In this document: positions 51,845-64,000 of the stretch, in pieces
Numbering within the stretch: the first letter of the stretch is position 1
Layout of the letters: each line of letters opens with the position of its first letter
Origin: Raja brachyura
Taxonomy: Eukaryota
Direction of reading: 5' to 3'
NCBI GenBank assembly: GCA_963514005.1
Contig: OY740809.1
Coordinates: 28,830,001 to 28,894,000, forward strand
DNA: 64,000 bases
Translations under genes and position numbers: made by a program
Notes under the pieces: model-generated
Told to the model about the DNA's origin: nothing
What the model saw: the letters and a program-made list of their open reading frames with translations, nothing else
Databases searched by the model: none

Positions 51845-54800
51845 GGCGGCATGGTGCCGCAGCGGTAGAGTTGCTGCTTCACAGCGCCAGAGACCCTGGT
51901 TGGATCCTGATGCTGGGTGCTTGGCTGTGCAGAGTTTGTATTATCCTCCTGTGACTGTGTGGGTTTTCTCTGGGATCTCTGGTTTCCTCCCACATTCCAA
52001 AGATATACATGTTGGTAAGCTAATTGCTTGGTATAATTGTAAATTGTCCCTAGTGCGTGTAGCATAGTGTCAGTGTGCGGTGATCACTGGTCAACCTGGA
52101 CTTGGTGGGTCAAAGGGCCTGTTTCTGCACTGTATCTCTAAACTAAACTCCTCCAGAGAACTGGGAAATCTCACAATGTATAGATAACACCTGGTGCTTG
52201 GCAAGAAGGCACCATTCTCTAGCAGAAATCCCCTCAGGATCAGCAGAAATAGAAGGAAATATAGAACATGTTTACCTCAAAAGCAAAAAGCTCACTTTTG
52301 AGTATGGCAATTTCACCTTGAAAGCTACTCTGCAATTGGCCTCAATTCCTCACAGAACATTTCATGGGGCAATTACTCACAATGTTTTAGCTCTAGAAAG
52401 CTGTCCATCATTTATTGTCCTTAATATGAGTTTATCATTGCGTGGTGTAACTGCAATCCGAAGGATTCTGACCCAAAACGTTGCCAATTCCTTTCCTCCA
52501 GAAATACCGCTGGACGGGTTGAGTTGCTCCAGCATTTTGTGCCTATCTTCGGTATGAGTCTGTTCGAGTTAAATCTGAGATGTAAATAAAGCTTGAGGAA
52601 CACACCTTATCTTTCACCATAGACACATTGCAGCTTGTTGGATTGATATTGATTACCAGCTTCAGGCATGATTTGTCTGAATCAGCAATTAGTTATATTA
52701 GCTGTTTGTTTCCCCCCCCTTTTTCTTCATCTGGGACTGAAGGACACGTCGAGCCTGACCTGCCAGGTAAGCCTCCACATTTCGCACATTCTTTTGTCTA
52801 TGTTTTCACTCTCCCATTCACTCATTGACCAGATAAACTTATACCCATGGGCGTCCTGGTTTTATTGTCAGAGACATCCCTCCTACCCATCCTGCAACTA
52901 AATGAGCTTGCTTTCTCTTCTGATGGAGGATTTTCAATCTGTAACATTAACTTTCTCTTTCCCGTGCACTGGTCTTATATTTGCAGCATTTTCCGTTTTG
53001 ATTGTGTATCAAGGTTGGTTTCAGAACTGAGAGGTTATAATCATTACCAAAGACCAAACCTGTTGAAGTCTTAACCAGAGGTTTAACAATTAGTCTTGCA
53101 GGAGTATTTAAAATTACTCAAGAGTATTTACAGCATAGATTATTCAGCATAACTAATGAAGTAGTCTTATAGGGTAAATGTACAGTTTTTTTTTTGCATT
53201 TCTGGAAGGTCAGAACAAGATGCTAAGAGTAATGGCTTGATTAATAAAAAGGATACTTCTCTAAAAAAAAGCTTTTGCTGAGAGAATCATCATAAATCAA
53301 AGAGTGGGCTTCGGTCTTTTGGTGCAATGTATTTCTATGCAATGAGAGTAGAGCTCGGGGAATCAAGAGCTGGAGGGCATAGGTTTAAGGTGGGGGGAGG
53401 AAGATTTAAAAGGAACCTGAGGGGCACCTTTTTCACACCTGATGGTGGGTATATGGAACGAGCTGCCAGATAAAATAGTTGAGGCAGGTACAATAACAAT
53501 ATTTACAAGATATTTGGACAGGAAAGGTTTAGAGGGATACGGGTCAAAGTTAGGCAAAGATGGGGTACCTTGGAAACCCAAGGAACAGTATGTGGAACTT
53601 GTGTGTATTGGCAGTAGTTGAGACTACAGAGCTTGCATAGAACATGGGTTTTCTCCGAGATCTTTGGTTTCCCGAAGCATGGATTTTCTCCAAGATCTTC
53701 AGGTCCCCAAAGCATGGATTTTCTCCGAGATCTTCGGTTTCCCCCCACACTCCAAAGACGAACAGATAAGTAGGTTAATTGACTTGGTAAATGGACAAAT
53801 TGTGCCTTGTGTGTGTAGGGTAGTGTTAATGTGCGGGGATCGCTGGTCGGCGCGGACCAGGTGGGCCAAAGAGCCTGTTTCCGTGCTGTATCTCTAAACT
53901 AAACCACACATAGGTTGGTCTCAATACTGTTTTCAATGGTTGATAAAGCAAAGAATGGGATGAGGTGAGATGGATGAGGTGGGAGGATACAGATGAGGGG
54001 TATTACCACCAGCACAGAAAAAGGGGCTCGACACCCTCACCACTAAATGTGAGCGTTCTGTATGATTGTATAAGCAACAAGAGGTGGCTTATTCTGAAAG
54101 CTATTGTATTTGTAAATCAACTACACTTTGTAATCAAAAACACTGGGAAGCGTAACTTAAATGGAGTTATGTCAAACAACAATTCAGCCACCCACTGTCA
54201 GAACTGCAACATGTCAACCAGTGTGGCAATTAGTATAACATTTTGCAATGTGATTAGCTGTTATTGACATATTAATAAATGAGCCATTACATAAATAGAG
54301 AAAGAAATTGCCCAAAACTTTGCAATGGAACACATAGATAAACGTTAGCGTTCAAACAGCACCGGAGACCTGCCGCAGTTTAAAGATGATCAGTTTGTAG
54401 CCTACTTCAGTAGCTATGCTAAGTAGTCCATCTCCCATGAAACTACATTCAAGGGACTTGAAACCAAATGTAGGCTTTGGGTGAATTGGAGTTAGAGGGC
54501 AGGAGTTAATTAGAACAGTGAACAGAAAAATCATACACTCTTACTTTCCTCTAAAAGCCTTGATTTTATATTGCACTTTAAGTTACACTGCAAACCTTGC
54601 ATCCATTTACAGAGCAAAGTGAAAGTGGCGGAAGAGGGGTAAAGTTTGAGGGCAAGTCACACAACTGAGAATGCAACTTAACTGGCAGATCAAACAATTA
54701 CAATGTGGGGGGGATTGTCATTTTGTATGCTTACACTGGAATTTGTAACACAGTGAACCATACACTTGAGACAGTTAATATGTAGTGGACCAGTTACTCA

Positions 54801-55195
54801 ACTGAATCTTTGCCTGTAAATCACAGCAGTTTAATGACGATGAGGTTGACCTTGCAATAACTGGTTTAGTTTAGTTTAGTTCAGAGATGTAGCATGGAAA
54901 TAGGCCCTTTGGCCCACCGACTTCACGTGGACCATTGTTCACCCATTCATACTAGTTCCATTTATTCCACTAGTTATCCAACTTTGTCATCTACTCCCTG
55001 CACACAAGGGAGTGATTAACAGTGTCCCATTAACCCACATATCTTTGGGATGTGGGAGGAAACCGAAACACCTGGAGGAAACCCACACAGCCACACAGGG
55101 AGAACATGCTAACTCCACATAAACAGAATCAGAGGTCAGAATCGAACCTGGATCTCTGGCGCGGTGAGGCCACAGATCTATCAGGTGTGCCATCA
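51845..55195. mobile_element. V-SINE copies at 51845-52150(+), 53643-53903(+, partial) and 54862-55195(-), with unique sequence between
   Basis: tRNA-like head, V-domain and (TAAAC)n tails. Confidence 0.8.
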
Positions 55196-55208
55196 CAGGT
55201 GGGGATCT

Positions 55209-55347
55209 CACAAAAAGCTGGAGAAACTCAGCGGGTCCAGCAGCATCTAAGGGGCTTAGTTGCCCCTTAGATGCTGCTGCACCCGCTGAGTTTCTCCAGC
55301 TTTTTGTGTAACCCTCAATTCTCCAGCATCTGCAGTTCCTTCTTTAA
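55209..55347. mobile_element. Fold-back Penelope-derived insertion with 15-bp TSD
   Basis: CACAGGTGGGGATCT at 55194-55208 and 55348-55362 flanks an inverted plus forward tail copy. Confidence 0.85.
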
Positions 55348-56417
55348 CACAGGTGGGGATCTACTGGACAGGCCTAAATTATGTTGCCTGATCGGTACAC
55401 AATCAGCCTTTATATTCCCAGTCTAAGCACAGACACCACTTAAATTTCAAAAGCTAAATAAGTTCCATTCTGGACCAACTGGTGCCAGAGGTTATGGGGA
55501 GACGGCAGGTGAATGGGGTTAGGAGGGAGAGATAGATTAGCCATGATTAAATGGCGAGCAGACTTGATAGGCCCAACGCTGCCCGCATCACTTGAGATCT
55601 TTACTACTGTTCATGGGAGCAGTAGGCTCATTCAGCTTAGTGAATTCAATCTATAATTTCTCACAATTAATTTTAATTCTCAATTCCCCATTGAATGCAA
55701 AAGAGGACACACCAGTAGTTTCTCACTGTATCAGTTTCTGAACTTCAGCCCGTGACAAAGCACCAATGGGAAATTAAAATGTTCTTTTCAGCAAAATATC
55801 ATCCAATGTACTCCCATAATGTGGGGAGTATTGCAGGTACCAGAAATACTTGCTTCCCAAGGTCGATTTGCTCCAGTTATTCTTATGTTCATTCACTACT
55901 GCCACGTTAAAATGGCAACTCGCTCACCTCTTATTCTCCCCAACTCACCAGGGGCTAATTATAATGGCCACCCTCGCCTGTTATTCTTCCCCGCACACCG
56001 GCAGCAATTTACAGTGGCCAACAACCAACCCGCAAGTCTTTGGGACGTGCAAGGCAACTGCGGGACCCAGGCGAAACTCACACTGTCACAGGGAGCACAT
56101 GCAAACTCCATAGACAGCGACTGATATCAGGATTAAACCAAGGTTATTGGAGATGTGAGGGGATGGCATCTACTAGCAGCACTCGTTGAATAAAGGTCAG
56201 TCACATTAGTTTGACTAATCTGCTCCAGAATCTGGAAATGTCACCATTCCCCTCTGATCTTTTGTGTTCAAGGTGCAAGATGGAAGTGCCTACTGGCATT
56301 GCAAGGAGTGTCAGCACCGAATGCTAACCCTACTCTTCCTCAAATGTCTCTTACTGACTCATGTTAAAAAACAGGAAGAATGAAAGACCAAACAAAAATG
56401 CATTTGACGCATCCATT

Positions 56418-57283
56418 CTGCTGAACAGGATATCACATTTATTACTGAGAAGTGATTAATAATGAAGGGTAAATTCCCAGTTGTTCCACTTGACGAGGAT
56501 TGAAAAAAAGATTCTAAGCAGTTTTTATTTCTCAAAGTTCAGTGTTCAAAAAAAATTCCTTACAGTATTCCTTTAGTCCAGTCTTCACTTTTTAAGGATT
56601 TAGACTTCATTGGTGGCATCTTTTTTCTTAAACTTGCTCACGTGAACTTTTGTCAAGAGTAACTTGCTTTTAATATTTTTGGAACGAAAGGCGGGACAAA
56701 CACAAAAGTAACCGCTCTTCCCAGGAGCCTTTTTAAAACAAAAACAAGCAGCATTTTCAGTAAAACGGAGGGCGAGGTGGGGTGGACAGTCCTCAAAAAG
56801 GCCTGAATGAAACAAATTAGATCTCCAGTCCAGTCGGAGAAGGTATCTGTCCACGTTCTGACCCAGCTGGGCGATGACAATTCAGATGTTGCGAGGCAAC
56901 TGGTCTCTTCTCCGTAGAACCGCATTTAATTGCAGCCCATAAAAAAAAATTCAAAAAGCGATTCAGTTTTAAATTTTGTTTAAACAGAAGGAAAACAAAA
57001 TGCACCACTTTGCAAAGTCACAACCGATAGTTGAGAAAGGATCCTTAAAACGTTTTTGTTTCCCCCACCTAGATCTTGCTATTATTACCATAGTTCTACA
57101 GAAGAGGATTAAGTTTGACAAGTACAAGGCTAAAAGCCATAGGATTCACTGGAAATGAAAGAGGGTAGGTTGGTGGGTGGGAAGGAAGGTGAGGAGTGGG
57201 GAATCTTCATTGTCATTCAATTTCTTGAAGAAAATTCAGGATATGACTTTTAGGTCGACGTCGCTTTTCCAGAGACTGCAGTA
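56418..57283 (-). other. ythdf2: ythdf2 3'UTR with poly(A) signal
   Basis: Minus strand ATTAATCACTTCTCAGTAATAAATGTGATATCCTGTTCAGCA closely matches the recalled human YTHDF2 mRNA end (ATTAATCACTTCTCAATAAACGTGAGATCCTGTTGAGCA); AATAAA at 56443-56438; U/GU-rich downstream. Confidence 0.85.
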
Positions 57284-57307
57284 TTATTTGACACGACCTT
57301 GGCGTTC
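57284..57307 (-). CDS. ythdf2: YTH domain family protein 2 (m6A reader), last coding exon ERQGRVK*
   Basis: cttacttttacag|GAA CGC CAA GGT CGT GTC AAA TAA; human YTHDF2 ends ERQGRGK* in an equally short phase-0 last exon, unlike YTHDF1 (ERQSRNKQ) and YTHDF3 (ERNRNKQ); supported by the 3'UTR match. Confidence 0.88.
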   Translation of the reverse strand, partial: ERQGRVK

Positions 57308-58217
57308 CTGTAAAAGTAAGGAGAAGGTTCAATATACAATTTCCAAAAGTTGCTTCCATTTATCCTGTACCTGTGCACTCTGGATGGCTCGATTGTAATT
57401 ATGCATTGTCTTTCCGCTGACTGGTTAGCACGCAACAAAAGCTCTTCAATGTAACTCGGTACACGTGACAATAAACTAAACTAAACCAAGATTTCAGTAA
57501 CAAGGGCAGTAGGGAATTGAGACTTTGGATCGGCTACAAGAATAGTTTGCTAGAGGAGCTGATAAAATTATCTTAAAAGTGAAGTTGATATTTTGAAAAA
57601 GACCAATTGTTAAATATATGAGAAACTCTAAAAGAACTATTGCATCATTAGTTTGCATTTAGTTTTAGTTTATTGTCATGTGTACCTAGGTAGAGTGAAA
57701 AGCTTTTATTGCGTCCTAATAGTCAATGGGATAATACTCAACCATTTATTCCTTAATTGGGAACAACAAACAGATGGAATGAAAACTGGCTTCATTTATT
57801 GATTGCGAAAAGACAGCAATTTAACGACAATTTAACAAACACTAACAGAGATTGTGCCCGTGTTGGAACAACCTTTCATTCGTTTGATCATAAATACAAA
57901 ATTTGAGAAAGATAAAACTTATTTTTCTTTGATCCTTGGCAAGTGTTTGTAAAAGTGCTAATGCCCCAGTTGATGCAAGTAGTGCAAAACTAAGATTTCT
58001 AGACCTATAGTAGCTCAGATTTACTGAGCAACATGTACTTTGTTATGAGGGATTAGAGGGATTAAAGGACAATTAGACAATGGTCCATGGCTTCAGAAAC
58101 ATAAATGATTTTACACCCAAAGAATCACATCTCAAAGTCTATCTCCCTTTTTTTTTAATTATGAAGACAATTAGTAAACACCAACAATCAACACCCGCAT
58201 CCAATTTATATATTTTT

Positions 58218-58420
58218 TGGACACAAAGTGCTGGAGTAATTTAGAAGATCAGGCAGCATCTCCGGACAACATGGAGAGTTGACGTTTCGGGTCGGGATCC
58301 TTCTTCAGACCCGAAACGTCACCCAGCCATGTTCTCCAGGGATGCTGCCTGACCCGCTGAGTTACGCCAGCACTTTGTGTCTATCTTTGGTATAAAGCAG
58401 TATTGGCAGTTCCTTCGTAT
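58218..58420. mobile_element. Inverted pair of hammerhead elements
   Basis: Reverse copy to CTTCTTCAGAC joined directly to forward CCGAAACGTCACCC. Confidence 0.8.
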
Positions 58421-58859
58421 CACTTCTTTATTTTTTTGTTGCTCGTAAATAAGGGAAGAAAAATTGGCGAGAATAATTTCCTTTAGTCCCCTTCGCCTAT
58501 TATGAGAGGCACACAAAATGGAGTGTAAAACCGAGGGCGAGAGGAAGCTTAAAAAAAAAAACTTGAGTTAAACATCCATGTTGGGCATGTAGTTTGGAAG
58601 ACTAGTCCGGCCAAGTGCTAATTTTTCACAGGTGAGTAATTTGGGTCTGATTCAGTACTCAAGTTTAACTGTGAATGGTTATAGGTGAACTCTTGCAGGA
58701 TTAGCAAGGGCAGAAATGTTAAAGGTCAAGATTAATAAAATGTTAGTGCCAAGAATAGTGGCTTTGCGAGATTGGTTAACAATGGACATCAATTCATTCA
58801 ATTCTTTGTGAGTCAAACCTGTTTCTGACTCAAGCAGATTTTTTAAAAACAGGTTATCA

Positions 58860-59820
58860 AAATTACAGCAGGATCTTGATCTGCTAAGTAAATGGGCAGA
58901 GGAATGGTTAATGCAAGTGAGGGCGAGGTGCTGCAATTTAGGTAGTCATAAACCAGGGCAGGACCTTCACTGTAAATGGCAGCACTCTAGAAACATAGTA
59001 AATAGGTGCTGGAGTAGACCATTCGGCCATTCAATATGATCATGGCTGATGTTTTGTAGAGCTCAGCGATTTAGAAGTGCAGGTACATTGTTCCCTGAAA
59101 GTGGAGTCACAGGTAGATGGGGTGGACAAGGTGGCTTTCATGACATTGGCCTTCATCAGACAGGGTACGGAGTATAGAAGTCTGAAGAAGGGTCTCAACC
59201 CGAAACGTCACCCATCCCTTCTCTCCAGAGATGGAGTTACTATAGCATGTTGTGTTTATCTACTGAGTATAGAAGTTGGGATGTTACGTTACTGTTGTCC
59301 AAGATGTTGGCGAGGTCACAATTTAGAGTATTTGGTTCAGTTTTTGTCACCCAGCTATAGGAAGGATGTTGTTAACCGGGAAAGAGTGCAAATAAGATTT
59401 ACGAGGATGTTGCCAGGACTAGAAGGCCTGAACAATATGGTAAGGTTGGACAGGCTAGGACTTTATTCCTTGGGAGTGCAGGAGGCAGAGGGGTAATTTT
59501 ATAGAGGTGTATAAAATCACAAGGAAATGCAGTCTTTTACCCAGAGTAGGTAGAACAAGAGGTCATAAGTTTAAGGTGAGAACCCAAAGATTTAATAGGA
59601 ACCTGAGGGGTAACTTCTTCACACACGTGGTGGGTATATGCAGCGAGTTGTCAGAGGAAGTAATTGAGGCAGGTAATAACAACATTTAAAAGACAGTTGG
59701 ACAGGTACATGAATAGGACAGGTTTAGAGGGATATGGGGCAAATGAGACTAGTGCAGATGGGGCATCTTGATCGGCATGAGTAAATTGGGCTGAAGAGCC
59801 TGCTCTCGTGCTGTGTGACT
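58860..59820 (+). mobile_element. CR1 ORF2 3' fragment with nested hammerhead element (59182-59264, 12-bp TSD)
   Basis: LEYLVQFLSPSYRKDV..RFTRMLPGLEGL; GAGTATAGAAGT at 59170-59181 and 59265-59276. Confidence 0.85.
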
Positions 59821-61759
59821 TTCCCACTGCACCTTGTGTTATTTAAAACCACGGGAGATTGCTGCCTTAGCTTTGACTGTCCCGGTGACTAAGAACTTTG
59901 ATACAATTAGCTTTTTTAAATAAATAGATCTAGTTCTCCACCTCCACCAGCATCCAGCAAATGGGATGCAGAGTGCCTGTGTTGAGATACACACACCACC
60001 CCAGCTATGTGGATCAGGTTAGTTGGGCCTGAATGTCTTTTTGCCATTTTTGTTTTTCAGGTGCACGTGATTGCAAACCAAATACCTTAAACCATTGGCA
60101 ATGAGACAAGAAGAACTCACGCAACTCTGCAATCGGTGTTCTCTTTCCCACTATCAAAATTCATGAGATGGCAAAGGTGGTTTAAGAAAATACAAAGCAT
60201 TTCTCCGAACACTTAGTTTTCTAATTATCTCTTAAGCAGGTTCTGGTACATTTGTTCACCCAGACTGACAGGTTGAGCATGTCTTTACCTCATGCTGACG
60301 AAAGTAATAACACCACCCAGTCAGAAATAATTCAAGTCTTTAAGCCCAATTGCAGGCATCTGAAATGAAAACATTTCAGTTCACCCTAAGGTAGTACTTT
60401 AAATCTGCCATTCCTCTCGCATTCCCTGATCTCTGTCAACATTTAATCTAACGCTAACATAAGCAACTTTTTAATTATGAGGTATTATAAAGGAAAACAT
60501 TTACTTATATTCTTCCGCCCTTCTCTTCCATCAGCTGTTTAGTGTTGGCGAGAATAGGTTCACTGGAATTTACTTGGGAACAATTTTCCATACTAAGGCC
60601 CAAAAAGACTTGTGGACAAGCCACAGAAGGAACCCCACTCACCTCTGAGACATTTATTCAGCATGAATTGTTAACAAACTGAATAACCTTGGACCCTGGA
60701 AAGTTACTCTGGGTTGGTCTAAAAAGTCAACACTTGTTTTTATTGTGGCCCACTTCACATCTTCAACTGTGGCCATCGCAGGTTTCAGAATTGAATGAAT
60801 GACCAACATTCATACTAGGTTGTACTGCATACATCTGAATGGGAGGCCATCAGAGTATAACTGCAATTTCTTCCCCTTCTCTCCTCCCCTCCCCCCCGCA
60901 CAAAGTCATTTTAAATCAATATTTTTGTGCGAATTATGCAAAACTGTGGTTCAGGCACTGGCATCAAAAAAGGTATGGAACAATGAAAATGTGCTTCAGT
61001 TTTTGCATATAATACAACTATTATTTGGGATTTTATGCATTATTTTACAAATTTATATAACATCAAGAACGCAATCCTATTGGATATAGATTCCCACTGC
61101 ATTCCAAATAGGACTCAACATGGTCCAGTGGGGAAACTGAACAAGCTGATGAGGAAGTGACTGATTATGCAAATACAGAAAGAGTTCAGGAAGTAGGCGC
61201 TTCATCTCTCATGCCTCGACTGGTTCTCCAGAACTACCAATGAATTGAAAGGCTTTACTCTTTCCCACCCGTACAAAATTATTTTCCAGATATATCAAAT
61301 TCCTTTCCAAAAGTTACCATTGAACGAGCTTTCAATGTCCTTTCAAGCAATTCAAGCATTGCTGTTTCAGGAGAATTTAAAAAAAAAATCCTAGCCTACT
61401 CTTCTTCCCAGTTTTCTTTTGCATTGGTAAAGCACAATAACATTTCTGATTCGCTATCCCCAAGGTGAAGACAGTTATATGATGTATCCCTCTTGGGATA
61501 CATCAAACTGTCCCTGGACAACAATCGGCCTATCAATAGTAATCTGGGAGCCCGGACTGCAGTTTATGAAATCACATACATATCAACATGATTGGTGAAT
61601 CATTAAAAGGTATTTGAAAACCAAAAAAAAATCACCACAGTTGGCAGTTACAAAATATACTTGTGCCAAAAATTGAAAATAATAACAATCTTGCTTTCAG
61701 AAGTCATAACTAAGTGGGAATACAAGAAGACAAGATGGTACAGGTTGAATTAAGTCACA

Positions 61760-62900
61760 CTTGCCTCAATTGGTCTAGGCATTGAGTTATAGAGATGGGA
61801 CGTCATGTTACTGCTGCACAACACGTTGATGTACTATACTTAAGTATTGTGTGCGGTTCTAGTTGCTTCCTCCAGGTAGGATAACATTCAGTTGCAAAGG
61901 ATGCAGAAAAGATTTACAAGGGACTGGAAGTGCTGTGATAAAAGGAGAGCCTGGATAAGCTGCGGCTTTTTTCGCCTGGACAGAAGGCCAAAGGTGGCCT
62001 TTTAGAGGTATGCAAAATCACGAGGGGCATAGATAAGGTGAACGGTCACAGTCGATTTCTTAGGATAAAAGAGACTTAAAGTCAGATGGCATAGGTTCAA
62101 GAGGAGAGGGGATAAATTAAAAGGAGCCCGAGGGAGAAGAATTCCCCCATAGAAAGTGGTGGGTACTTGGAATGAGCTGCTGGATCAAGTGTCACCATTA
62201 CAGTATTTAATGGACACTTATGGAAAGGAAAGCTTCAAGGGGATGCAAGCCAAATATAGGCAAATGAAACTAGCTGAGCGAAGCAACCCTGTCAGCACAG
62301 AGAACTTGGCCTAGACCGTCTGCTTCCATGCAGTACGACAGATTGAATAAGTAGGATTTACAGCTAAAAACAACAAAAGTTGATTCTGAGTATAAAGGGA
62401 AATTAATGATTGGAAATGCAAAAATGCAAAACTTGCCCCCTCACACTCACTGACACTATGCACTTTATAATTTGCTTACATAAAGCTGCTTTGGTGAATA
62501 TAGCTGGTTAAAACAAAATCTTCTTAGACTCACAAAGAATAACTTTCACAATTTAATAGATCGCATCATGCTTACAAAACAACTAGCTGGGTCAACTTCA
62601 CGATTTTGTATTTTGAACCCCAAGATAATTTTTGTATACAACACATATAATTACATTTAATAATGCAAATAAATCTCAAGATTGCCAGATCTTTCCTTGA
62701 CCAAATCAGAGCCAAATATTTCCAGGGATTTCTTATTCCAATCCACTCTCTCTTTGGTGTAGCAAGGAACTGTAGATGCTGGTTTACATAGAAGACAGAC
62801 ATAAAATGCTGGAGTAGCATGCTGGACATCAGTAGGTTGGACAGTATCTCTAGCGAAAATAAACAGGTGACGTTTCAGGTCGGAGCCCTTCCTCAGACTT
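61760..62900. mobile_element. Old CR1 fragment (61760-62340 plus) and hammerhead element (62757-62900 minus)
   Basis: Degenerate ORF2 end; AGGTGACGTTTCAGGTCGGAGCCCTTCCTCAGACT. Confidence 0.7.
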
Positions 62901-64000
62901 TTTTTCCCCCCATTTTCATAAATTAGGGGGCAATCAATTAGCTTTTGGTTCCATTAAGTACGTGGAAACAAATGCACATATACAATGGCCTTCATGCCTT
63001 TGCCACAAACAGAGCTAAAATATCCTCACTTAAAAACCAAGCCCGTCATTTCAAAAGCTGATAATGGTCTGGGTATAATAGCTAATTTACCACAGATGCA
63101 TTTGGGGGAGGGAGCAAGGGAGGGAGTAAATCCTCAATGTGTGTGCTATATTATCCTTGTAATTTAGTATGGGTGCGTTGGAGATGGTAGCTACTTATTT
63201 ACATAAGGTATACAATTTGGAGCTTGATACCATAAAGAAAAGGGCACAAGGTAGGGAAAAGTTTCCTCATATTAAACTTTACACGCATTACTGCACCCTT
63301 ACCAAGGAATTCCCTGAAATCTATTTTTGCAGCACAAAGTAGAAAAGAAGTGTCTTGAGAAATTAGATGACAGAAAGATCATCTTTCCGGATTTGATCCA
63401 TTTTTCCATTCCATTTTCTCTTCAGTCAGTCTAAGCAATCATTTCACAACAGATATTACTTGGATCCAAATCATCTTGTCTGTACCAGGGTTTGCAATCA
63501 GGCCTTTTATGTTGGTCAAATTCCAACTTTTCTATCCAAAGGTCAAAAATCTAAACCCAATTCTAAAATTAGAGTCTTTCAACTCTTCTAATGGTGGAAG
63601 GATGAGGAACGAGGGCCATCCTGCTTCTTCTGACAGGCTCTGTTGCAGGGCCTTCTATCAACATAATATGATGAATTTCTGTACATGAATAAAGAACAAG
63701 CCTTTTACAATAAGTACAATGGTGCCAACAAAATAATATTCCAACCATTCTTTGGGTGTAAAAAAATATATTTTAATTAATTATTAGAATATATTTTATT
63801 TGGGATCATAGCATGTTCGCTTCCATTCTAGTTTGTGCTCTGTGCTGCCTGATGAAGCAACATGGGATCTGCAGCTTCTGGCAGTGGTGCGGCAGACTAT
63901 ACTTGGCAGGTCAGCCGAGTCGGTAGTTTGAGGGGCAATCATTTCCATCATTTATACTTTGCTTCTGTGTTCTCCTGAAGAATGGACTTCAGGAGCTCAA

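Larger units (their letters stand above)
57308..64000 (-). other. ythdf2: ythdf2 last intron (partial; YTH-domain exon lies beyond the window)
   Basis: Upstream of the acceptor at 57308-57309; no YTH-domain coding sequence seen in the window. Confidence 0.75.

Noticed and set aside
56418-57283. miR-124 seed match (GTGCCTT) in the ythdf2 3'UTR
   Set aside because: Looked for and not seen, so direct targeting of the neighbour is unsupported
1-64000. CRISPR array or prokaryotic system suggested by the many recurring repeats
   Set aside because: Repeats are dispersed, in both orientations, with TSDs and tails of vertebrate retroelements; no regular repeat-spacer array or cas genes

Overview
Eukaryotic (vertebrate) genomic DNA, most likely a cartilaginous fish (skate/ray type), inferred from the repeat families present: V-SINE/HE1-type SINEs, CR1, Rex1/Babar, Tx1, DeuSINE and Penelope-like elements. 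Almost all ORFs in the supplied track are spurious or TE fragments. Two real genes are recognisable. (1) A complete pre-miR-124 hairpin on + (~24948-25030) lies in a ~10 kb TE-depleted, CpG-rich domain with a near-consensus REST/RE1 site, splice signals of a host lncRNA and a poly(A) signal. (2) The last coding exon (ERQGRVK*) and 3'UTR of ythdf2 lie on - (57307 down to ~56418); the rest of the gene is beyond the right edge. The two genes are tail-to-tail, the same arrangement as human MIR124-3/YTHDF1, so this is probably the fourth 2R miR-124 paralog, absent at human YTHDF2. The repeats also hold two candidate ribozyme systems: >20 short Penelope-derived copies, many with a minimal type-I hammerhead core and one linked in cis to a GIY-YIG ORF, and a ~137-bp TSD-flanked retroposon starting with an HDV-like fold. 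There is also an unexplained ~215-nt five-hairpin element at 16756-16970. TE boundaries are approximate and family names come from recalled consensus features, not database searches.
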